Positions 25,272-64,000 of a stretch of 64,000 bases of DNA are shown in pieces. The DNA comes from Eledone cirrhosa. Its lineage: Eukaryota. How positions within the stretch are numbered: position 1 is the stretch's first letter; every line of letters starts with the position of its first letter. The notes below the pieces were generated by a model, which was not told where the DNA came from, made no database searches, and saw nothing but the letters and a program-made list of their open reading frames with translations. The DNA lies in the NCBI GenBank assembly GCA_964016885.1, contig OZ024760.1:14570001-14634000 (forward strand). The letters run 5' to 3'. Made by a program: the position numbers and the translations under genes.

Positions 25272-26604
25272 TAAAATTAAAAATAAATTTTTATATATAT
25301 ATATATGCTACTTATCCGATATTTGCATTGCTTTATTGTGCTACAATAAAACTCACCTCATACATATATATATGTGTATGTGTGTATGTATGTATGTGTG
25401 TGTATATGTATATATGTATGTGTGCGTGTATATATTTATATATATATATATGTGTGTGTGTGTAGGTGTGTATATATATATGTATATGTATTTACATATA
25501 TATATATATATATATATATACAAACACACACATTTATATACATACATACACACACATATATATATATGGGGCTTCCAGTTTCATTTCACATTATATACAT
25601 GTCTGTGTATATTTTAATTATTTAAAAATTATTTTTAAGTGAACATGATTTTCTAAAAATATTTTGAAGCAGGTCATAGGAGGTTTAGTATCTATATATA
25701 GCTGAATCTATGGCTGAACTAGAGAAGAAATTCCAAACATAAACGCATGGCCTAGAATCAAAAGGCATTAAACCTGCCAGATACAGTCCTATATGAGCAA
25801 GACACGGTCACCTGATCAATCTTGCCTTAAGTCGGACAATTCCCATCTAACGGTTTTGTCCATTTGATGCAGGAATGGTCGGGAGACCATGTCTCGCTCT
25901 CACGGAAGCATCTGTGGCAGGTTTTTTTTACAGCTGGATGTCCTTCCTAACACCAACCACATTTACAGTGTGGACTGGGAGCCTTTTCACCGTGTCTCCT
26001 ACACAGCCACCTTACAGTGTGGACTGTTGAGTCATCAACACAGTGGACAGGAGAGGGAGGATGGGGTAGGGTGTGGCAGTGGGGTGAACATTGAGTTAAG
26101 AGGTGCCTACTGAGTGTAGGCTTATATACAATGGTCATCAGGTCTTCTATACAACTGCATGGCGCCAATATATATAAACACACATACACATGATATTACT
26201 GGTTAGAATATACATACTGGAAGTCAACATAGACATACTGAAACCAACTAATCATGAAGACAGTCTAAAAATAATTTGTATGAATATATCATCAAACCTT
26301 TTAGTTTTTAAACCGGACGTATCCAGCCAGAAATCTCTCACCTCTTTCTATTCAAACTATCTGTAACTTCCCGCTCATACTGATGTTAAGGTATAATTCT
26401 TAAAATTTCATAGATTCAATATTATGTGAGACAATTATGTAAGGTGAAGCCTTTACCGTGAAAATACAATAGTAAATGCCAAAGGTTTAACTTCCATTTT
26501 CCCACACATATAAAATCAACTCTGTTGAATAATAATCAACAAACTATATAACTCAGCCGGACGGCTGAAACAGGTAAAAAAAAAAATAAAAAAAATAAAT
26601 ATAA

Positions 26605-26791
26605 TTGTTTCTACTTTTGGCACAAGGCCAGTAATTACTCAGTACATTACTGGTACTTTATTTTATTGACCCCGTAAGGATGAAAGGCAAAGTTAACCTC
26701 GGCGGGATTTGAAGTCAGACCGTAAAGGGACGTAACTATGCTGGAAAGCATGGCGTCCGACTCTCTAGCGATACTGCCAATCCACCACCCT
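26605..26791 (-). mobile_element. Meta-type SINE copy
   Basis: Similar to 60187-60370. Confidence 0.85.
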
Positions 26792-26905
26792 TATATTATA
26801 TATATATATAATAAGGAGTTGACGGACCCAGCATATTTATCAATACCAGGACCAGTTGTATCTCAGCATACTCAATAGGTAATGTAGGATACGTACATAT
26901 ATATA

Positions 26906-27150
26906 CTAGGCGAATTACCCGCGCTTAATATTATTGAAATTTGCTGAGATTTTGTGAATAGGCATACTATCTTGTCATTTACCTATGGTTTAAAGCCCCC
27001 GGAGAACCCTTTGATTAAAATGAAATATACTTATCCAAGTACCCTGGGCAATGAAGTTTCAGAATATATATTTGTTATGGGGTCTATCTCCAAAACCATA
27101 GAAGGAGTTTGTGAACAAACAAACAGACAAGAACTTTATATATATATAGA
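26906..27150 (-). mobile_element. Short non-autonomous Helitron-like element
   Basis: 5' TC end, (TTTG)n near the 5' end, GC-rich GCGCGGG then CTAG|T 3' end. Confidence 0.55.
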
Positions 27151-27714
27151 TATGTATATAATGCCAGATTTACCATTGTGCTCAGCTGTGCTTAAGCTAG
27201 GTACAGCACTGTAAAGCGGTTGTGTAGGTGTCACGACCATAAGTTAGACGGGTTTGTCCCATTTAAAGGCAAGTTGGGTTGGGTGACCATGTCTTATTCA
27301 TATTTGACTGTTTCTGGCTGGCTTTCAACAGCTGGATGCCCTTCCTAACACCAACCACATTTAAAGTGTGTGCTGGATGCTTTTTGTCATGACTCCTACA
27401 TGACCACTTTACTGGCTGGCTTTGATTACCTCATACTACTCCTTTCTCTTTACGTCTACTGGGGATGTAGGCGTGTCTGTGTTTGCACGTTCATATTTAT
27501 ATACTCATACATATGCACACACATATACACATGTGCGTCAGCGTATGGAAAAAAATTCCAGTATATCATGTTTCCAATGGTCTTTCCAATTTATAACTAA
27601 TCAAATCAACTGTATATACAGTGAAACTTTGGTTCACGAATGCTTCTCATCACGAACAAATCGCTTCATGAGCAATTTTTCTGAACATAAAACGTCTTCA
27701 ATTTGGTATTGTGC

Positions 27715-28170
27715 CAAGCCTTACCTATGGTCATGAATCTTGGGTAATGACCGAAAGAATACGATTGCAAATACAAGTGGCCGAAATGGGATTCCTCTGA
27801 AGGGTCTTTGGAGTAACCTAACTCGAAAAAGTACGTAGCTCGGAGATCGGAGATCAGAGAGTCACTCCAGGTAGAGCTGCTACTTCTGTAAATTGAGAGA
27901 TCACAGCTACGATACTATGGGGGGCATGTGGTTAGAATGTCTCAGGAAAGAATCGCTGGACAGATTTTACAGGCAAAACCAACTGGGAAGAAACCCATGG
28001 GTTAGACCCCGAGCAAGATGGTTGGATAACATCAATGAGCTTGGCTTGTCATGCTTGGGGATCCAGCCAGATCGGTTCGAGGCAGTTGCTTCTAACAGGA
28101 CCCACTAGAAGGAGTGTTTGAGGACTCTGCCTCCATCACCCTATCAGGAATAAGTGGGCGAAGAAGAAGA
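27715..28170 (+). mobile_element. Degenerate RTE 3' fragment, third family (relatives at 22305-22510, 39355-39505, 47790-48185)
   Basis: LTYGHESWVMTERIRLQIQVAEMGF-like peptide, RPRARWLDNI; (GAA)n tail. Confidence 0.7.
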
Positions 28171-28472
28171 TAAAACCTCTCGAGTAACAAACATTCAAGC
28201 CAGCAACAACAGTTGGCAACAAGCTTAGAGTATCAATGGGAAAGCATCACTTGCTGTGTAGTTAGCTACTATGATGATATCTACCTGTTTTTCACACACA
28301 ATCTCTCTCTTTCTGTCTCTCTCAACATTTGATGTGAAAGATAATTTCGGTTTACTAACATTTCGGGTGATAAACGGCCTTCTGGAACAAATTAAGTTCA
28401 ATAACTGACATTTCACTATATATATTTATATGGCGGGGAAAGTATACTGCAAAACAAATACAAAATTAATGA

Positions 28473-28504
<32 letters not shown>

Positions 28505-28505
28505 G

Positions 28506-28511
28506 TTTATT
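28506..28511 (-). terminator. Candidate polyadenylation signal of DDX54
   Basis: AATAAA just downstream of the TGA. Confidence 0.45.
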
Positions 28512-28533
28512 TATTTATAAATCCCTCTTATCT

Positions 28534-58517
<29,984 letters not shown>

Positions 58518-58560
58518 GATGGCGAATTAAGAAAAACACACGTGTTGTAAGCGGAAGCGG
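58518..58560 (-). promoter_or_regulatory. DDX54 proximal promoter/5'UTR with E-box AACACGTG, ETS-like CGGAAG and YY1-like CGCCAT
   Basis: CACGTG 58539-58544, CGGAAG 58552-58557 (+), locally CpG-rich. Confidence 0.5.
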
Positions 58561-58669
58561 TGCCAGAGAACATTACGTCCCGCAATTGAATTACTTTCAT
58601 GCAGAACCTATCTTTTGCGACAGATGTACTGCTCTGTAAAGTCGACCAACGTGATAGGATCGAAACTCA

Positions 58670-58768
58670 CAGGGTGTCCCAAAAAAATGTTTACACACTT
58701 TGATTACCTGTACTGGCAATATTTAGAATGCTCTTGAAGTTTGTATATATTTTAGGGGGACACCCTGT
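58670..58768. mobile_element. Tc1/mariner-type MITE (relatives at 30626-30704 and 36453-36530)
   Basis: CAGGGTGTCCC..GGGACACCCTG TIRs, TA flank. Confidence 0.75.
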
Positions 58769-59308
58769 ACATATATATATATGTGTGTGTTGTGTGTGTT
58801 AAGTATTTCCATAGAAAAGGTAAAGAAAAAAAGAGTGCTCTGTGTATGGTACAGAGCTATTTAATTACATAATAAACACCACAATATAATTATTCCATTA
58901 CCAAAGGTAACTAGACGATCCTTACAGAAACGTCCAGCTCGTTCATCAGACGAAATATATATATATATATAGCCGTCGAAACGGCGAGAGTTCTGCCGTC
59001 GGAGTCTTGACTCGTTTCTTATTACCCACTCTACTACCCAAAGTATCGAGTACTCTAGTGCGTTATGGTCCACCTGGTTCCTTCCTTTGTTTTATATATT
59101 GTTCCAGTTTACTCAGCTGTAGGGACTGGGGTCCCTATCATTCCACTGCAAAGGGGACGTGGAGGTGCCACGGAAAAAAAGCACCCAGCACTCACTGTAA
59201 ATGAGGTTGGTGTTAGGAAGGGCATCCAGCTGTATAAATCAAGCCAGAATCAGTTCCTGTCCCATCCTTGCAAGCAGGGAAAAGCGTACCTAAAATGATG
59301 ATGATGAT

Positions 59309-59345
<37 letters not shown>

Positions 59346-59366
59346 CATATATATATATATTTATAT

Positions 59367-59407
<41 letters not shown>

Positions 59408-60086
59408 GCGAAGATTTTGGTTTTTGTGGAACAAGCTGATAAACATGACAAATACCAATGATTCTGGTTAGATTTATAACTTTATTTCACTTCGGCAAAA
59501 AGGAAAAAGAATATGATTACTTTGAATCATAAATATAAAGTTTGATGGTAGCACGCACAAATGAACACGATGTCCAAAAAGGTCTCTGTGTTGTGCTGAA
59601 GAATCTTTGTTTAATATGCTATGCTCAATTAAAAAGTGACAAATTGTAGTCAGACAGTACATGCCAGCATAGGTAGTAGTAAGCTTGTAGTGGCAAGGAA
59701 GCTATGTTGTCTATATGAAGAGGCAGATGACTTTATGTGGTTGAAGTGTCAATGGAATAATTGTTGTCGGGCCCTTGGCAAGAGAGCCATAGAGTTTGAT
59801 AAGTGCTACATCTCACTACTTATTTGTGCAGGTTGAAGTGATGCTTCTCTTCCAAGTAACCAGAGTCGAATGACCCCAAAAGAAACTTATTTTATTTAAC
59901 CTCAAGTTGGCCAGTGTTTCCAGACCACTGACACCAACCGAGACAAAGAGAAATAGCAGCCAGATGTCTTTCAGGGGTCAGTATGTGCAAAAAGATTTCG
60001 TTACATATATATATATAACTGCCATTAGCGAGCTTATACTATTAAGTCTATGCTAAGGTATGTCAATATCTTAACACCAAATATTA

Positions 60087-60146
60087 TATTTTATCTGATG
60101 AAAGCACACTAAAATTTTGTTTCCTTGAAATACATATAATAAAATA
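60087..60146 (+). ncRNA. Minimal hammerhead motif
   Basis: TATTTTAT-CTGATGA-AAG..CTT-GAAA-TACATA-TA-ATAAAATA. Confidence 0.55.
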
Positions 60147-60186
60147 AATATGATATTATAAAGATATTTTCCATTTATTAATATTG

Positions 60187-60370
60187 CGGTGAATTGGCAG
60201 TATCGGTAGAGGGTTGGACGCCATGCTTTCTAGCATAGTTACGTCCCTTTACAGTCTGAGTTCAAATCCCGCCGAGGTTAACTTTGCCTTTCATCCTTAC
60301 GGGGTCGATAAAATAAAGTACCAGTAATGTACGGGTAGTTGCTGGCCTTGTGCCTAAAGTAGAAACAAAT
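60187..60370 (+). mobile_element. Second tRNA-derived SINE family (Meta-domain-like)
   Basis: TGGCAGTATCGG A box, GTTCAAATCC B box, GCCTTTCATCCTTACGGGGTCGATAAAATAAAGTACC core; copies at 1101-1272, 9801-9968, 18638-18827, 26605-26791, 33105-33270, 40230-40400, 41773-41941, 44258-44403. Confidence 0.85.
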
Positions 60371-61169
60371 ATTGTTAATATTAATAATACTCCAGACAAA
60401 TACTGTAGAGTGCTGCAAATCTGTTATAAAATTAACTTTGTTGAATGAAAATCAACAAACCATATAACTCATTGTTTATATATATATATTTATATATATT
60501 GTTTATATATATATATTTATATATATATATATATATATACATTTAAAACAAAATTTGTTTTCACTCTTAATGTGATGGATACCTAAATGTATTTGTGTGT
60601 GAATTATAATATCATAATATAATTAATATTCGGTTTGTTTACAAGTAAACAGCCTCATAAAAACACCACATTATCCTTTTGTTCCAGCGGTAGCTGAGAG
60701 AAAACAATCTACAATTGACAATTGTTTCGGAGTGTCTTGCTCCTTGTTAAGATTGTGTATTCTGCTCATTAGCTACCGTCTGGAACTGCTGAGAATACAT
60801 AGCTCTTGGAACAATGAAATTGTGAAGACACTCTGAAAGAATACACGAAAGTACCCTTCCAATAACAGATAATAAAGATATGCCATGAAATTTACCCTAT
60901 AAATCTTTAGGACAAGACTTAAAATGTGATATTAAAATAGCATCAATTCAGTCCTGTTTAATATTGTTTTATTATCATATAACAAATATATAAGATTAAA
61001 TAGAAATACATTCATATAATACAATTATAAAAGAAAAAAGAAAAAAACACACAAGCAGGTAATATACATATCAAAGACCACATACAATGAAAAGCAAGCG
61101 AAAGGGGTGAACAAATGAACTGCTGCCAGAACAAAGATATCACGAGGAGCACTGGAAAACCTCTCTAAT

Positions 61170-62115
61170 AATTTTTGAGGCAAGCCAGCACACTTGCAGT
61201 GTTATATCAACGTCTTGAACGCCACAGGCTGGAAAAGGAAGTTAACCGATAGATCTTGGTATCTCAGGATTTTATTCCATTCAGCTATGGAAGCTGTAGC
61301 TCTCACCCTAACTGCAGCATTCAGGATGTCGGAAGAAGCAAAAGAGTCACTAACTGTGATGTCTCAAATAAGACACCTGCCTCTTGTCCAGGGGCACAGG
61401 GCAAGACTGTCAGACCTTTTCCCATCAATTCTGGACAACCTAGATGCTTCCAAAATTGAGGGGGTGTTTGCCTGGGCCAAAGCTCTCTTGATGATGAGGT
61501 TTAGCTGTGTGATGCGTGAAGCGACCAGCATTCAGGCTGCAAGATAGACCGCGAAGGCCTGTGGAGTCGAGGAGCCTACCTCACCAACATTTCAGGCCTG
61601 TTCAGACATTGGCTCCTACTCTAAGCACAATGGAGATATGAAGCACATCCAAGCTGAGTAGGCCACCAATGTTAGCCACAGGTAGGGCATTAATCCAATC
61701 ACCTGAGTTTTTTTTATGCTAGCAGACAGTAAGCACCACCTTGAGAACTGATCTGACTGATGGAAGAGAGAGCCAAAGGTGACCTTCGAATGTATGTTTT
61801 TTCAAACTCTCTGTCTCTGTTTGTCCTCCACCTTGTCAGGAACAGACAAACCCAACTCTCTCCATTACAGAAGAGCTTCATCCATCTCCATGTTGGAAAG
61901 GAGAGGATGTTGCTCACCAGGGTGGAGGAAAGGAAGCAAGGGAGAGAGAGGGACGAACATTTACGAACACAGCCTGACCATGGAACTCTGGAGAGAGTCT
62001 GATATTGACCAAGCACTGAAGTCTCTTGAAGATTAGGTCATCAAAGCATTGGAGACATGACGAAAATCTGTGAGATGGTCTAACCCTGAGCATATATAGC
62101 TTAGGAATCGATAGG
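61170..62115 (-). mobile_element. Degenerate restriction-like-endonuclease non-LTR element (CRE-like)
   Basis: Minus-strand peptides LNLIIKRALAQANTPSILEASRLSRIDGKRSD..PWTRGRCLI*DITVSDSFASS..AEWNKILRYQDL..FQPVAFKTL. Confidence 0.7.
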
Positions 62116-63266
62116 TAATTTCTGTATATATATATTTAAATTTTGTATATACTCTGCTAATGTATTGAGTACTACACTAACTGTGGTTACCCACGATTGA
62201 ACCTGGGGCTCACATATATAGATATATATGTATATATATATTTTGCGTGTGCGTGTTTATTAGTATGCATGATTAAATATATATATATATATATCATAAA
62301 TTCAATTAACAACACAACTTCTAATATTTATATCTATAATTATATATTTAAAAAAAAATTCGTACGTAGAGATATTATAGAAACAAACAAATGTGTGGAG
62401 AGCGGCAAAAATCCAAACAGACGGGGGATGAATGAATTATCTACCCTGAAATCTTCTGACGTCATAACAGCATTGAAAGGGAGCATTCAGTGTTTGGTCC
62501 ACGTCTTCTCTCTAGTGTGTGTGGTGGAAGCAAACCAGCCAAGTTTGGATTGCTCTTTTTTTAATTCTTTTTTTAAAAACGGGGGAATATCTCCTAAAAA
62601 AAAAAAATAACAAGCTACAAAAAAAATCAACTACTACAACAACAACACACACAAAAAAACAAAACAATTTGATTTCTGCCTGTTTTCATAAGGAACTTTA
62701 AATTCTTCATTCGAGACACCTCTAAACACCATTATTATTTCCCTGTCGCACATTGTTTCTTTGGTTGTTGTCGTCGTTATTGTTATCGTAGCTGCTTGAT
62801 TTTTAAAAAAAATTATTTATCTTGTTCCCATAAGGTACATATCTAATTAGTTTCAGTTAATTTCTCTTTATATCTTTCTCTATATCTTATCTACCTTATT
62901 CTATGTACGTATATGTATGTATGTGTGTGTGCTGTTTGTACATGTCAGTGTCTCTCTTTATGATGTCTGTCTCCTTAGCTCTATCTCTCTACCTACTGAG
63001 CTAATCTCTCTCTTTATATATATATATATATCTAAATCTTCATCTCTCTCTCTATCTCTTTATCTCTCTACCTATCTATCTATCCATCTATATCTATCTC
63101 TCTACCTACCTGTCTATTCTATCGATCTGTTTGTCTATCTCTTGTCTTTCTAAACATCGCAATTTGTTAAAAATAGTTTCGTTATTGTGTTATGGTTCTC
63201 TCGCCTCTTTTACACAACATACTAAATGATGATGATACTAGTTCTATTCTCCTTCCCCCCCCCCCC

Positions 63267-63303
<37 letters not shown>

Positions 63304-64000
63304 CCTGATTAGCATCAGTTTAGATCTATCACCCCCATCGTTATCATAAACAGCAATAACAACGTTGTTTGTCACTTCATCTAGTAATTACTTGATACGT
63401 GTTCAAATCTCGCCTCTGATGGCGATGAGGAACTTCACACCTTACTACCTGTAATCGCGAAGGGTCGCCGGTGTTGGTGATGGGGAAAGCCTATATACCT
63501 GTTATCGGAATAGTGGTGGTGGTATAAATAAAATGATAAGTAAATTCATTTGTGTGGGTGGGGTGGGGTGGAGGAATCGATTAAGACGGTTTCAAAAACC
63601 TTTCTCTTCACCCTACACATTTTTACCTTTCGCCTACGCGATGAAAGAATCATCATTGGTGTGGTATTATTATTATTATCGGTTGTTGATATTAATTAGC
63701 AGGCCTTCCCTACTTCCCACCTTCTCGGGTCAGCTCTGATTGGATAGGCACACCTGTGATCGGAGACAGTCCAACCGTGAACATGCCGTTTGTTTTTTTG
63801 TTTTTTTAAGAATGCCTTCGACTACATTATCTAATGTGTCCCCTTCCTTTAAGCATTATGATACCAACACGCATTAAACCGCTTCTGGTTCTGAGACAAA
63901 GCTGTTTATTTATATTGATCTAAAAAAATAAAATTTTCCCTTGTTATTTATGAAGGAACCTTTGTTAAATAATGTTCCAAACTCCAGTTTAATGATGAGA

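Overview
Eukaryotic, very AT-rich window full of microsatellites and retroposons. The repeat spectrum (tRNA-derived CORE- and Meta-type SINEs, RTE and CR1 LINEs, long (TA)n tracts) suggests an octopod cephalopod; this is inference. Most ORFs in the track are microsatellite artefacts. Manual splicing gives two minus-strand genes. The first is a complete 20-exon DEAD-box helicase DDX54/Dbp10 gene (58517-28534, about 829 aa) with a U12-type AT-AC intron. The second is a 3-exon gene not visible in the ORF track (20148-11593), encoding an 88-aa secreted peptide with an 8-Cys domain and a Tyr/Arg/Asn-rich tail. The most striking non-genic signal is a set of short elements sitting in (TA)n tracts that carry minimal type-I hammerhead ribozyme motifs (Penelope-like/retrozyme-like), several as near-perfect long palindromes. 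Also notable: an inverted copy of DDX54 exon 8/9 donor regions inside intron 2 (potential long pre-mRNA duplex), visible LINE-SINE module sharing, and TTAA piggyBac-type MITEs with a documented empty site. Repeat boundaries are approximate.
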